From positions 1 to 64,000 of IMG/VR virus record IMGVR_UViG_3300043449_002710: a DNA stretch of 64,000 nucleotides; one strand, written 5' to 3'. The notes under the pieces were generated by a model. The model searched no databases, was not told the origin of the DNA, and saw only the letters and a program-made list of their open reading frames with translations. The translations under genes were made by a program, and so were the position numbers. Of this stretch, positions 46,630-56,554 are shown one piece after another (positions within the stretch are counted from its first letter, which is position 1; the number at the start of each line of letters is the position of its first letter).

Positions 46630-47037
46630 TTACATCAAGCTTTTAGCCTGCTCGGTTTTTAAGAACTCCAGAAGCTTTTCGAGGGAACCTTCAAAAAGAA
46701 GGTCGTCTGTCATCATTCCTTCGGAGTCTAAGGCGTAGGCTTCAAACCTGTCGGGCCAAACGTAAACAAGCAGCCTGCCTTTAGTGGCAGAAGCCGTCTC
46801 GTCGTTGGCCCAAGAAGTATCGGTGAACCCTAAATCGACCAGCTCTTGTGGGAACAAGATATGCGAGTGTTCCTTGAAAGGCACTCCCTTAGAAGCCTGA
46901 ACGCCCTTGCACCAATTGGAGTGCATGTCACTCCCAGTGGAGGTTGCCCCACAGTCGCATTGTCCCTTTGGGACAGACTTATTGATGTAACTCAGCACCT
47001 GAGAGAGCTTTGGGAATTTCTTTGAGTTTAATTTCAC
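46630..47037 (-). CDS. hypothetical protein with the N-terminal tag FPKLSQVL
   Basis: GGGGAG RBS and GTG start. Confidence 0.7.
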   Translation of the reverse strand: MKLNSKKFPKLSQVLSYINKSVPKGQCDCGATSTGSDMHSNWCKGVQASKGVPFKEHSHILFPQELVDLGFTDTSWANDETASATKGRLLVYVWPDRFEAYALDSEGMMTDDLLFEGSLEKLLEFLKTEQAKSLM

Positions 47038-47065
47038 AGCTTAATCTCCCCGGCAACGTTACAGA

Positions 47066-47230
47066 CTTTTCTCACATCTTCTTCTGTGAACTGCTTGCGG
47101 TTATGGGAGCAATAAAAGTTTTCACCCACTTCTTTGGGTGCGCCTTCAAGCGAAGTAAGTCGATTGGAAGAACAAAAACTGGGCTACTAGATTGTGCTTT
47201 AGGCGACATTCTGTAATCCTCTCAGGGGTT
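47066..47230 (-). ncRNA. putative TnpB omegaRNA/right end with adjacent guide
   Basis: Non-coding stretch after tnpB with hairpin CACCCA-AAGAAG-TGGGTG, ending GCAGTTCAC at 47086 as in IS200/IS605-type right ends; boundaries inferred. Confidence 0.45.
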
Positions 47231-48248
47231 TTATCGCCTTCTTACGAAGGCTCTCCTGACCCTTCCGAGCTATATTGATGCTGGCGTTATAGTCAGCATT
47301 CAATTCCTTTTTACAGGACGAGCACTTAAAGGTGCTCTGATTCACTCGACTTTGCTTGTCTGTAACACCACAGCGAGAACAAGTAATTGAGGTATATGCG
47401 GGGTTAACCCAGATAGTATACACTCCAAACTCACTGGCTCTTTCTGAGGCTCGATTTGCAAAGTAAGACCTAGCCCAACGATCTAGCCTAAGGTTGGATA
47501 GGACTTTCGGGTGCTCAACTACTAGATTCCATCCCCTGAGCTTACAACGTGTAAGAACTCTGGTGACTTCAGTATCTAGCTGTTGCTTTAATTTTGTTTT
47601 AAATGGTTTTTTCAGATGTTTCTGGCGACTGCGTTCTCTTTGTGAGTCACGCTCCGCTTGCATAATCTTTTTCAGGGATTTTCCGAGGTATTTATCGGAT
47701 CTTGTAACTCCGTGAGCTATTCCTACATCAATACCTATGAAGTGAGGCTTGGGGGTTGGGATCTCTATTTCTTTAGAAACAAATACCCTCACCTGCCATG
47801 TCCCGTTCTTGGCTTGAACCACTTCGCAGTGCTTTGAAAGCTCAAACCCTTCTCGGAGTCTTTCATTGAGTTTTCGATGAGAACGAGCTGGGATCAGGAT
47901 ACGGTTTTTCCACTGAGAAGTGACCGTGACCCAGTAATCAAAAGTCGTATGTTTGGATTCTGAAATTGAAGCCGGACAACTATTGAATTTAATCTCAGGA
48001 CAGTTGGATTTTTCTCCGGTTGCCCTAATTCCTTTCACAATCCCCATAGCCTGTTTCTGAGCTTTGTTGGCTAATGCTCCCATGCCTTGAGTCGAGAAGA
48101 ATTTGATAGAGGGTTTGAAATAAAGCTGGGTAGTAAAGTGCTGGAGAAAAAGTCTGTACCTAGACGCTGAATACCTCAAATCTTCCAACTTTTGAAAGTT
48201 GGGATCAATACTGAGGTGATAAGCTCGGGTAATGACTTTCGTTTTCAT
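47199..48248 (-). mobile_element. tnpB: TnpB RNA-guided endonuclease (IS200/IS605 family), no tnpA nearby
   Basis: RuvC-I IGIDVG, RuvC-II VVE, VNPAYTS, zinc finger CSRC/CSSC and RuvC-III NADYNAS.NI. Confidence 0.9.
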
Positions 48249-48499
48249 TTTTCAGGTATTCTAGCACACAATCTTTTTCAACGATCAATTTCAAAAACTC
48301 AGAACAGTTCGGTTGAACGCAAATCAACTTCTAGAAGAAATGGTTCAAAAATTTCTTCCGGGTTTTTTGAGGTAAAAAAGAATATCAATTCTATCAAATT
48401 TTACTTGCTAATACTAGACTATTGTGGTATGGTATTATAAAGCAGGGCGAAGTCAGCGGAAACTAAACTTTAACCGATTGAAAAAGCGAAGGGACCGGA

Positions 48500-48784
48500 A
48501 TGGCTGATATTAATTTTACCAAGTTTGTTAAACTGGCCAAGTTGGAAGGTAAGAAGTTTTTGATCGTGGAGATCCAAGAGGGTGGGGAATCCAAGGTTTA
48601 TACTACCGAAAGCGTTTCCAAATTTGCCATTATGATGGGCTCTGCTTTGGCTGGATTGTCCAATGCAGTTTACTTATCCTCATCAGCGATTAAAAAATAT
48701 AGCCCCTCCGATATTCTTAATGCCATGCTCTTTACCGCAGTTCCTTTGGCTGAAAAGGAATTGAAAAACAAAGACGCAGCGTAA
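48500..48784 (+). CDS. hypothetical protein
   Basis: Promoter-like sequence and RBS upstream, terminator downstream. Confidence 0.7.
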   Translation: MADINFTKFVKLAKLEGKKFLIVEIQEGGESKVYTTESVSKFAIMMGSALAGLSNAVYLSSSAIKKYSPSDILNAMLFTAVPLAEKELKNKDAA

Positions 48785-48796
48785 CTTCTAATCGAG

Positions 48797-48829
48797 GCCC
48801 CGGGAGTTTTCTCCCGGGGCTTATTTTTT
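48797..48829 (+). terminator. intrinsic terminator
   Basis: GCCCCGGGAG-TTTT-CTCCCGGGGC followed by TTATTTTTT. Confidence 0.85.
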
Positions 48830-48860
48830 AGGTTATTGTTACTAAATGAGGAAACCTATT

Positions 48861-49334
48861 ATGAAACTAAAAAAATATCCAACAGTTACTAAAATTTTAG
48901 CTTCAAAGGGGGGCGCTAGAAAAATTTTGGTAATGGATTTTCTTCGAGACCACGCTAAGCATTTTGGGTTTTTACCCATGGAAGTTGAAATCGATGGGGA
49001 AATATTATCTTGGGATGATTGGCAGGCTTTATTAACGGAGCAAGACCACCAGGAATTGGATCAAATCGAAGCCGCTGCTAAAAATAAAAGAATAGACTGG
49101 TCAAATAAATTAAGCGGAGAAAAGAAAAAAGGTTATATTGATTTACACGACGAAAAGGGAACACCGATTTATAAGTCATCCGTTCCCATTGGTGGACATA
49201 AAAAAGAAATGCACGAAGCTGGACAGAAGTGGTTTAAAAAACTGTCTAAAAAAGAGCAACAAGAATATATTGAATTACACCCACATTCAAGATATAGAAC
49301 ACAAGCCTCCACTTCCGGTTTCCCAAACGACTAG
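48861..49334 (+). CDS. hypothetical protein with the N-terminal tag YPTVTKILAS
   Basis: GAGG RBS before ATG 48861; C-terminal WF..LS.KEQQEYI..HP.S motif. Confidence 0.75.
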   Translation: MKLKKYPTVTKILASKGGARKILVMDFLRDHAKHFGFLPMEVEIDGEILSWDDWQALLTEQDHQELDQIEAAAKNKRIDWSNKLSGEKKKGYIDLHDEKGTPIYKSSVPIGGHKKEMHEAGQKWFKKLSKKEQQEYIELHPHSRYRTQASTSGFPND

Positions 49335-49338
49335 CAGA

Positions 49339-49791
49339 TTAATATTGCCCCAAGAACCGAGAGATTTCTTTTTTCAGAGTTTCCTCAATCGCAGGGATCG
49401 GAACTTGAATCGTGAGTTGGATCGTGAACTCAATCGACGCATCGGTTAAACCAGCTAAGCTTGCGGGCTCTTCGTAATCAATAGAGACATCCACTTTCAC
49501 TGAAGAAAACCCTTGGGAAAACTTTTCACCCAGGGACTCACTCAGCTCTTTTTTGATCTTCTTTTCTTCCGCGTATTTAAAGCTATCAATCGCTAGGATC
49601 TGATCTTCCTCGCTCAAATCCGAGATGTCTTGGTCAAATGCCTTGCTCAAATTCACGTGGCTTTTTTTGTAAGTGACATCGAGAACAATGCTCTCGTCGT
49701 CTTCGTGAAGCCTTAAAGACGGGCTAAAAAAAGTATCGAGATCTTTTTCTGGGAAAGCAGAAAGGATGGTTTCACTTAGCGGATAGCGCAT
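49339..49791 (-). CDS. acidic hypothetical protein (variant tag MRYPLSETILSA)
   Basis: ORF with a TTATTATT motif upstream. Confidence 0.7.
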   Translation of the reverse strand: MRYPLSETILSAFPEKDLDTFFSPSLRLHEDDESIVLDVTYKKSHVNLSKAFDQDISDLSEEDQILAIDSFKYAEEKKIKKELSESLGEKFSQGFSSVKVDVSIDYEEPASLAGLTDASIEFTIQLTIQVPIPAIEETLKKEISRFLGQY

Positions 49792-49890
49792 AAGTTAATA
49801 ATAACCAAGCTCACAACGACATCTATCCGACTCTCGCGGATATGCTGCGTTGGAAATTGGGTCTTCCTAACCGCAGAAAGTAATCTGTTT

Positions 49891-49922
49891 GGGGCTGATA
49901 GAAATATCAGCCCCTTTATTTT
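49891..49922. terminator. hairpin/terminator
   Basis: GGGGCTGATA-GAAA-TATCAGCCCC followed by TTTATTTT. Confidence 0.7.
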
Positions 49923-50122
49923 TCGTCGCTGAAAAGCTTTTGAGGCTCAATCCAGCGAGAGAAATCGACTTGGATCTCAACGATCCCGCAAGAATCCCAG
50001 CAGCTTCGATCGGCCTTTAATTCTTCAAGGCTAGAATAAAAGGGCATCTTCCCTTCAATATCCGCAGCTTCCCCGATTTCGTAAAGCCAATCCACCCCAC
50101 AAACGTACATAGTCTTCATCAT
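49916..50122 (-). CDS. hypothetical phage protein
   Basis: VDW..E.G.A...Y.S.E.L...C..CGIVE pattern. Confidence 0.65.
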   Translation of the reverse strand: MMKTMYVCGVDWLYEIGEAADIEGKMPFYSSLEELKADRSCWDSCGIVEIQVDFSRWIEPQKLFSDEK

Positions 50123-50140
50123 ACTTATAGATTAACTAAA

Positions 50141-50746
50141 TTAATCTAATTTTTTTCTGCGAATAGCTTCCGCCCATTGGCACGCGACTGCCGCCACCTG
50201 GACTAATTCCACGTACAGTTTATTGGGGTCACTCTCGGCTAAAGCCTCATGAAACTCTTCTGCGAGAATATGCCGCCAAGTCAAATTCCCAATCTTAGTT
50301 TCGAAGTCGCAGATCCGCTTGGCCTGAGCCGCGAATTCAATATCGTCTTCTGACCCGGTTCCGTTGGGCCAGTTCTGAACGCCCCATTTTGCGTGCTGTC
50401 TTCGACGCTCAGTAAAGATATCATTAAGCACGTTGCGGCAATCGGATTCCCAGTTTTTTCTCAAGAAAAAGTCTGGGGGGTCTAAAACAAAATGATACTC
50501 ATAGCCCAAGGCGTATTTGGCAAGATCCTCTTTTAAGAACTCCAAGTCGGAGCTGATCCAGCCGCCCAGGAAAGCGCCTTTCTCTGAATAGACCGAACCG
50601 GACACATCTCCGTTTAGATACTCTCGGATTGGAAACCCATAAGCTTTCATAGCTTCCACATCAAAAGAATGAACAAAAAGGTTGGCACTAAAAAGGAAAC
50701 CCAAAGAGTGGCCGAGGAGAATTCCATCATTTTTTAATTTTACCAA
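50141..50746 (-). CDS. protein with a C-terminal MazG-like NTP pyrophosphohydrolase domain
   Basis: ERRRQ..KWG...ILAEEFHEA...ELVQVAAVA. Confidence 0.65.
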   Translation of the reverse strand: MVKLKNDGILLGHSLGFLFSANLFVHSFDVEAMKAYGFPIREYLNGDVSGSVYSEKGAFLGGWISSDLEFLKEDLAKYALGYEYHFVLDPPDFFLRKNWESDCRNVLNDIFTERRRQHAKWGVQNWPNGTGSEDDIEFAAQAKRICDFETKIGNLTWRHILAEEFHEALAESDPNKLYVELVQVAAVACQWAEAIRRKKLD

Positions 50747-50930
50747 ACAGTTTGGGTAACTTCTTATGCAAGTCTTGAATTTCTAGGGTGCCTGGGAAAT
50801 GCTTCAAGTGATCCAAAGCCAGTTGTCGAATCTCTTTTGGGACTCTAGGCGTTTTCTTAGGGTCGTTCAGATCCAAAAGAAATTGTCTCACTTTGAGTAA
50901 AGACCGCGTTCTCTCGTCTGGTAATGTCAT
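50727..50930 (-). CDS. BPSL0761-family protein
   Basis: MTLPDERTRSL...FLLDL...PRVPKEIRQ.A...LKHFP. Confidence 0.8.
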   Translation of the reverse strand: MTLPDERTRSLLKVRQFLLDLNDPKKTPRVPKEIRQLALDHLKHFPGTLEIQDLHKKLPKLFGKIKK

Positions 50931-51214
50931 AGGCTCCCTTGCAGGCCCTCGCGATTCAATCTTCCGATTTTGTGGGATTCCAACCAGCTCAAGCGTTTGT
51001 AAGTATCGGCAGCAATGGTTCTCGTTTTTTCTACGGTCCAATCTTGCCGCAAGGTGATTCTAGCCAGTTCGCATCGGGCATCTGCTAAAGCGCTTTGCAG
51101 TGCCAAGATTTCGTCCACTAAAGTTTGAACTTCATCATTGGTTAAAATCGAAGGCAAAGTTCTTTCCGAGTAGGGATAGGCGGTGGCTTTATTTACGATC
51201 TCTTTAATTTTCAT
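50927..51214 (-). CDS. hypothetical protein
   Basis: GAGG RBS; ATGA overlap with the next gene. Confidence 0.6.
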   Translation of the reverse strand: MKIKEIVNKATAYPYSERTLPSILTNDEVQTLVDEILALQSALADARCELARITLRQDWTVEKTRTIAADTYKRLSWLESHKIGRLNREGLQGSL

Positions 51215-51231
51215 AGTAATACCTCTTAAGA

Positions 51232-51786
51232 CTAGCCGACAGAAATACCGGCGTTTGTGACGGAGAAAAGAAAGTCTGGTTTTACCCCAAGCTTTTCCTG
51301 GGTCCAGATCCAAGGCTGACTGCCGCCTGAGATCACCCAGATCGCAGCTCCATGCGGCGAGCGTACCCAGCGCCGCACGTAGTGGGTTAAAGCATCGTCT
51401 TGAGTATGAGCGCCTAAAAGGATGTAAAGATCTTTCACTTTCTCAGGGTCCTTGGGAATGCTTTCTTGGGGAGAGACAAATTCAAAGCGGGTAAATCCGT
51501 TTTTGTGATGGTGCTTTAAAAGTTCACACACGCATTGCAATGCCCATTGATCTGTCGGGGAAGAATGAAACAAGGCAAAGTGCTGATTCTCGGGTGGGGT
51601 TTTTTGAAACTCGTCGTGCATCTTGCGCTGAACCCCAACGGATAAAACCCCTTTGGATACTTTTTCACTTTTGAAATCCAATTTCTCAGACGGGGTTTTC
51701 AAAAACTGTACTGGCATTCCCGTCAGGTACAAGACCTTCAAATGCGTAGGCAATTTATGAAATTGAGTATCCTTGCGCGGAATCAT
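51232..51786 (-). CDS. hypothetical protein
   Basis: ORF in the helicase operon. Confidence 0.7.
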   Translation of the reverse strand: MIPRKDTQFHKLPTHLKVLYLTGMPVQFLKTPSEKLDFKSEKVSKGVLSVGVQRKMHDEFQKTPPENQHFALFHSSPTDQWALQCVCELLKHHHKNGFTRFEFVSPQESIPKDPEKVKDLYILLGAHTQDDALTHYVRRWVRSPHGAAIWVISGGSQPWIWTQEKLGVKPDFLFSVTNAGISVG

Positions 51787-51794
51787 ACCCGCAC

Positions 51795-51974
51795 CTATTT
51801 CATGTCGGGCGGAGGGGTGTCAAGCTGCTCGATAGACTCTTCTTTTTTCTTTTTCTCGTTTTCTAGATGCTTCAAAATATCGTCAAAGACTTCAGCCTCG
51901 GTGACAATATCCCCAGTGATAACTACTTTAGGCTGCATATCTCGAATTCGTTTCTTTAAAATCGTTTTTGCCAT
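51795..51974 (-). CDS. small hypothetical protein
   Basis: ATG directly after the helicase stop. Confidence 0.55.
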   Translation of the reverse strand: MAKTILKKRIRDMQPKVVITGDIVTEAEVFDDILKHLENEKKKKEESIEQLDTPPPDMK

Positions 51975-51975
51975 G

Positions 51976-53463
51976 TCAGAAAGTGGTGCTGTCCACAGCA
52001 CTCCCTAAATCGAGTTGGTTTTTCTTTTCTTGAGACGCAAGATACGATTTTACCACGGCTCCAAGTTTCGTGTAGGTCTTTTTCCGTCTTCCAAGTGTGG
52101 CATAGCCTATAGCGCAATTATCCACAAAATCTCGAACAATTCCGCACTTTTTCCCAGGGTGGGGCGTGAGTACCCGAGTGCATTGCTGCTCGTATCCGCC
52201 ACCGCCTTCGTATTCCCCCTCTTCTGCGACAGAATTGGCCGAAGGAAGCAGGTTGTAAAAGCAATCGGCTGCCGGAATGTCTAACCCCGTACACATTCCG
52301 CGCATGACAATCAGAACCTTGGTATCGCCATGCCGAATCCCGCCTAAGATTTTTTTTCTTAAATGCCGATCCGACACCGTGCCATTGAAGACCTCGGCAA
52401 CAATTCCTCGTTCACGCAGTTTGTCTCGCAAGTAGACTCCGTGAGGCTTTCGATCTGTGACCGCGATAATCCGGTGACCCTCGCTTACGTCCTTTTGCAT
52501 CCAGCCTAGAATCAGTTCGTTTCGAGCCTCGTGCTGAGAGAGGTAGGATAAGGCTCGGACAAACTGAGTGTCTTTTTTAGGCAAGGTGACATCGGTACTG
52601 ATCGTGGTGACTTCCATCGGAACACAGCCGATCTCAGAGCGCGTGATCTTATGGATAATCCCTCCTAAGATCCCATCCACTACGATATGCAGATTGTCTT
52701 TTCTTCTCGGGGTGGCGGTGACCCCTTGCCGGATTCGGGAATGAAATCGATTGATGAGCTGAGAATAGACTTCTCCCCCAACATAATGCGCTTCGTCAAC
52801 GTAGACTGCCCCAAAGAGTTTCTGAACAACTCTAGCTTTGGATCGATTGATAATATTGTCGAACGTCTGCTTGGTACAAAGAGCAACATCGAGAGTCTCA
52901 AAGTCTTCCATGGACTCTGGGAAGCCCACCACCGGACAGTGGGAAGTTTTGATTTCATTCAGGTTAGTAAACTCCTCGAATGTATCAAAGAGCTGCAAAA
53001 GAAGATCCGTCTGATGAGCAAAGACAATCGCTTTTTCTCGGTTCATGCAGATTGCGGCTGCGATCAAAAGGGTCTTGCCCGACCTCGGCGGAGCTTCCAA
53101 GATTCCATGCTCTTTTTCAGTCATCGCCATCACGGCATCAGGCTGATAGCTGCGCCAAGACTTGCCTGGGTTAAACCTAATTTTCAGAGAGGCTTTCATC
53201 GGAATTGAAATCCGCTGATCAACGATCTCGAAATTAGAAAACACCCGCTGCATCTTGTCCAAGTCGCCTCGGTTAAAAGCGATCATGGATTCGTCGTGGC
53301 TGATCTGAATCCGCTCGTAATGACAAATTTTGCTATAGATCGGTTCCTTCGTGTACGGGTCGGTGCCGATCATAAAAGGCACTTCGTACTCAGAAAGCAT
53401 ATCGTCGGTGACGTAAGCTTCGTTCACATAGAGACGATCCGTAAGTAAAGCTTTAGGATTCAA
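51976..53463 (-). CDS. superfamily 2 helicase (UvsW/DExH-like)
   Basis: Q motif RSYQ, Walker A PRSGKT, DEAH, TATP and GLDIP. Confidence 0.9.
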   Translation of the reverse strand: MNPKALLTDRLYVNEAYVTDDMLSEYEVPFMIGTDPYTKEPIYSKICHYERIQISHDESMIAFNRGDLDKMQRVFSNFEIVDQRISIPMKASLKIRFNPGKSWRSYQPDAVMAMTEKEHGILEAPPRSGKTLLIAAAICMNREKAIVFAHQTDLLLQLFDTFEEFTNLNEIKTSHCPVVGFPESMEDFETLDVALCTKQTFDNIINRSKARVVQKLFGAVYVDEAHYVGGEVYSQLINRFHSRIRQGVTATPRRKDNLHIVVDGILGGIIHKITRSEIGCVPMEVTTISTDVTLPKKDTQFVRALSYLSQHEARNELILGWMQKDVSEGHRIIAVTDRKPHGVYLRDKLRERGIVAEVFNGTVSDRHLRKKILGGIRHGDTKVLIVMRGMCTGLDIPAADCFYNLLPSANSVAEEGEYEGGGGYEQQCTRVLTPHPGKKCGIVRDFVDNCAIGYATLGRRKKTYTKLGAVVKSYLASQEKKNQLDLGSAVDSTTF

Positions 53464-53902
53464 AACTCACTCCTCCGATAGGTAACTTCCCATATCGGCT
53501 AAAAACCAACTGATTGATCGCTTCATTGACATGATGGTGTGCGACCCGAAGTTCTAAGATTCTAGCTAAGATTTTTTTAGACCTACCCGACAAATAGATG
53601 ACCTGTTTATTGTGAATGCCGATTCCAACCACCCAATGGCAAGAACCGATGTATTTACGTTCTTTGTATTGAAAAAGATTCAACCGATCCAGCTCATCTA
53701 GAATTTTTTCATAATCTGCAGGCTTAGGTCGATAAGATAATTGCTGGGAGTGAAATTTTCCTTCCACCCCGGCTAAATAGATATCGGTTAAGTCCACGCT
53801 TTGAATCTGGGTACGGATGTTTTGAAAGACCACGTAATCCCCAGGCGCAGGTTTCCAAAGGATGCGAACAAACTGTTCGGCAATATGGATTTTTTTGCTC
53901 AT
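53453..53902 (-). CDS. hypothetical protein
   Basis: ORF in the operon. Confidence 0.65.
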   Translation of the reverse strand: MSKKIHIAEQFVRILWKPAPGDYVVFQNIRTQIQSVDLTDIYLAGVEGKFHSQQLSYRPKPADYEKILDELDRLNLFQYKERKYIGSCHWVVGIGIHNKQVIYLSGRSKKILARILELRVAHHHVNEAINQLVFSRYGKLPIGGVSFES

Positions 53903-53909
53903 GAACTAC

Positions 53910-55847
53910 CTACTTGGTTGGATTCGAGCTGGTTTGGCGATCCTTTACCGCACAAGATTGAATAATGACACCGCTGGTATCTGGGTTGCCCGTTTTATCT
54001 GGTCTTTCATAAATCGCGTTGTACGAGATGGGCATCGCCTCGCCACCAGCAATCGTTTGGTACTCGATTTTGCTGTTCTTTAAAAGAGGTGTTTTAACGC
54101 AGTTCAAACTCACTGAAATTGCAGGACTTTGATCATAGCTTGGCAAAGAAAGTCTGACCGAAGTGATTCTCCCCACCCGGTTTTTTTCTTGATGTAATAA
54201 AGGGCGGTTGGGGCGAAGGTAGGGCCGATAGGTAAACGTCATGGAGAGTTTATTCGCATCGGCTAATCGTTTTGAGAACTCAATGGCGCTGATCTTCTCT
54301 AAGGCTTGCAAATTGGCCACACCTGTAAAAGTCTGGTTAGCTAATTTGACCCCATATTTGCTCGCAAGTACGTTGGAATAAACTACGGCCCGAACAGGAA
54401 GATCGTAGGTGAGTTGCCCCAAAACAGCTTGGGCTTGGGCGGCTTGGGCAAAGGGTTTCATCATTTCGCCTTGAACCAAAGAAGGAGAAAGACTCTGCGA
54501 CTCTAAGCCTGAGATGACCTCGCCTTCTTCTTCAGAGATCATGTCGCTTTCTAGGTGCTTTTCCACGGTATAAACCGTGTTATGTCCACCGAAGTTTTCT
54601 GGGAGAAAATCATACATGGGAAATTCAAAAATGATATCCCCGTTCCCAGTGACACTCCATTCGTAATCAATCTGCTGGCAGACCTTTGAGATCAAACTGA
54701 ACCGATCCGTCCAATCGGGGGTCGCCATGATGTTGTTCAAGCCCTCAAAACTTGTTCGGATCATGCCAGAGATTTGAAGACCCGAGGCAGGGATGAGAAA
54801 GTGCATCTGTCCGTGTAACGGAGAATGTTTATCCTGCCAGAACGAATTCTCCCCGATAGAGACGCATTCTTTTTTAGTCCAGAAATCACTCTTGGTTCCA
54901 AACAAACAAAGATTATCCCAAGACTCCAAACTGCCGACTTTCCCACTTTCAATCGCTTGAGTGTTCTTTGGGTTGGAATATTTAATAACTTTGCCTGGGC
55001 TGAAAAATCCTGTGCCTTGCCCACCCACCACACCATTGGGACCAGATTTTGATTTTGAGGAGGGGCTTACCCAGTTGTACCGACCCGTGACAATCAGAGA
55101 AACCATATCCACAAAAGAAAACCCAGAGAAGATATGGTCTGTTCCCGCTACACGCTGATTGTTTGTGGGGTAATAATCTTTGAAAAATCCAGCAGCGTCT
55201 GAATCGATAAAGATGGTATTTTTTTTACCACCTTCACTCGTCTGCCACATCGAGTTGTTAAAACCATTCACCGCGATACGCATCCCTGTCATCGTGGCGC
55301 GAATATCGTAACAATGAAGCGAAACCGAACTAGCTCCGGTGACATAGTTGGATGTAACCGGCCTATTTCCGATAGTTCCAGTAAAGGCTGGAATCCAGCG
55401 ATCCGTTGACGGAGAATCATAAGGGTTTTTAATGAAGATCTTTACCGTGTCAAACTTAGAAAAAATACAAGATCCTGGCCCAAACGAGTAGCGTCTCTGA
55501 AAATCTTCCATCGCGCTTTTCGGATCTTTCGAGGACTTATGCCGACTCGTATTATAACGAATGAAAAATTGTTGGGAGAGTTCTTGTTTTCTATTGTAGA
55601 TTTTTAGTTTGGCCTTCTCAGAAAACCTGTCATTTGTGTTTCTGTAGATATTATTGAAATTATCCGAAGTCAAAATCCATTGATTGAACGGATTGGTCAA
55701 AACAATGTCCGCAGATCCAGGCCCGTTTCGATCCGTGTAGGTAATCTCAAGGCTTTGAACCCATGGCGAAATATCCACGCCACAGACAAAAACCATGTAG
55801 TCGTGGTAAAGAACCGTTCTTTGCTGTTCTTTAAAAGAAATAGCCAT
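53910..55847 (-). CDS. putative baseplate hub/tail protein
   Basis: ADIVLTN..., FTG.I, IIFEFPMYD, KYG and RPYLRPNRP motifs fit gpD/gp27-like hubs (inference). Confidence 0.6.
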   Translation of the reverse strand: MAISFKEQQRTVLYHDYMVFVCGVDISPWVQSLEITYTDRNGPGSADIVLTNPFNQWILTSDNFNNIYRNTNDRFSEKAKLKIYNRKQELSQQFFIRYNTSRHKSSKDPKSAMEDFQRRYSFGPGSCIFSKFDTVKIFIKNPYDSPSTDRWIPAFTGTIGNRPVTSNYVTGASSVSLHCYDIRATMTGMRIAVNGFNNSMWQTSEGGKKNTIFIDSDAAGFFKDYYPTNNQRVAGTDHIFSGFSFVDMVSLIVTGRYNWVSPSSKSKSGPNGVVGGQGTGFFSPGKVIKYSNPKNTQAIESGKVGSLESWDNLCLFGTKSDFWTKKECVSIGENSFWQDKHSPLHGQMHFLIPASGLQISGMIRTSFEGLNNIMATPDWTDRFSLISKVCQQIDYEWSVTGNGDIIFEFPMYDFLPENFGGHNTVYTVEKHLESDMISEEEGEVISGLESQSLSPSLVQGEMMKPFAQAAQAQAVLGQLTYDLPVRAVVYSNVLASKYGVKLANQTFTGVANLQALEKISAIEFSKRLADANKLSMTFTYRPYLRPNRPLLHQEKNRVGRITSVRLSLPSYDQSPAISVSLNCVKTPLLKNSKIEYQTIAGGEAMPISYNAIYERPDKTGNPDTSGVIIQSCAVKDRQTSSNPTK

Positions 55848-56527
55848 TAGACATTTGCGACCAGATAATTAAAAAGTTCCTTGGAAAGGATGACTGCTTT
55901 AGGCGAACCGCTCAAGTCATCTAGCGCATAAACACAATGCCGGATGCTTTGACAAACCAGTTCAACAGTCACGCCATCGGCAATCGGCAACCCGGTGTCT
56001 TCTAAAGAGACAACCCCAAGTTGAAGGTCAACGGTGGTGACGGTTAAAGCTCCCCCAGGTTTCCGAGCCGAAACCGATTCGGACGAATCGATTGGGTAGT
56101 TGGCGATGACAGCCCCACCACTTGAAACCTTGGTAGTAACTAAATCGGCAAGTTGGCGTCCTTCTAACCTGAGCTTTTTTTCCACCCCAGTCACTCCCAA
56201 AGAAGGGGCATTGGGGTCAGAGCCCGGGTAATAAGAGAGCCCTGCCACCAAGTGGTAGAGTTCTTCCATCCGCAAAGCGGCTTGAGTGATATCGATGGTC
56301 AAATTGTTGATCAAAACAGGCAACGAAAGAGCCGGATTCAAAGCTCCGAGCATTGCGTTGTAGTGAGACAGGCTCATCAGCTTCATTTCCGCAGAACCTA
56401 CCCACAGTTTCGAGATGTCGTAGATTTTGGTGGGGTTTTTAGCCACATCTCGTACCGCTTTCACTAAGTTGTACGGAATCTTAGCTTCAGATAGAGATAG
56501 TTTCATGGGTTTTTGAATCAAAATCAT
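55847..56527 (-). CDS. putative virion structural protein
   Basis: Between baseplate-like genes; AGGAG RBS and late-type motif. Confidence 0.55.
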   Translation of the reverse strand: MILIQKPMKLSLSEAKIPYNLVKAVRDVAKNPTKIYDISKLWVGSAEMKLMSLSHYNAMLGALNPALSLPVLINNLTIDITQAALRMEELYHLVAGLSYYPGSDPNAPSLGVTGVEKKLRLEGRQLADLVTTKVSSGGAVIANYPIDSSESVSARKPGGALTVTTVDLQLGVVSLEDTGLPIADGVTVELVCQSIRHCVYALDDLSGSPKAVILSKELFNYLVANV

Positions 56528-56554
56528 ACGAGTCTCCTACAGTATAAAATAACT

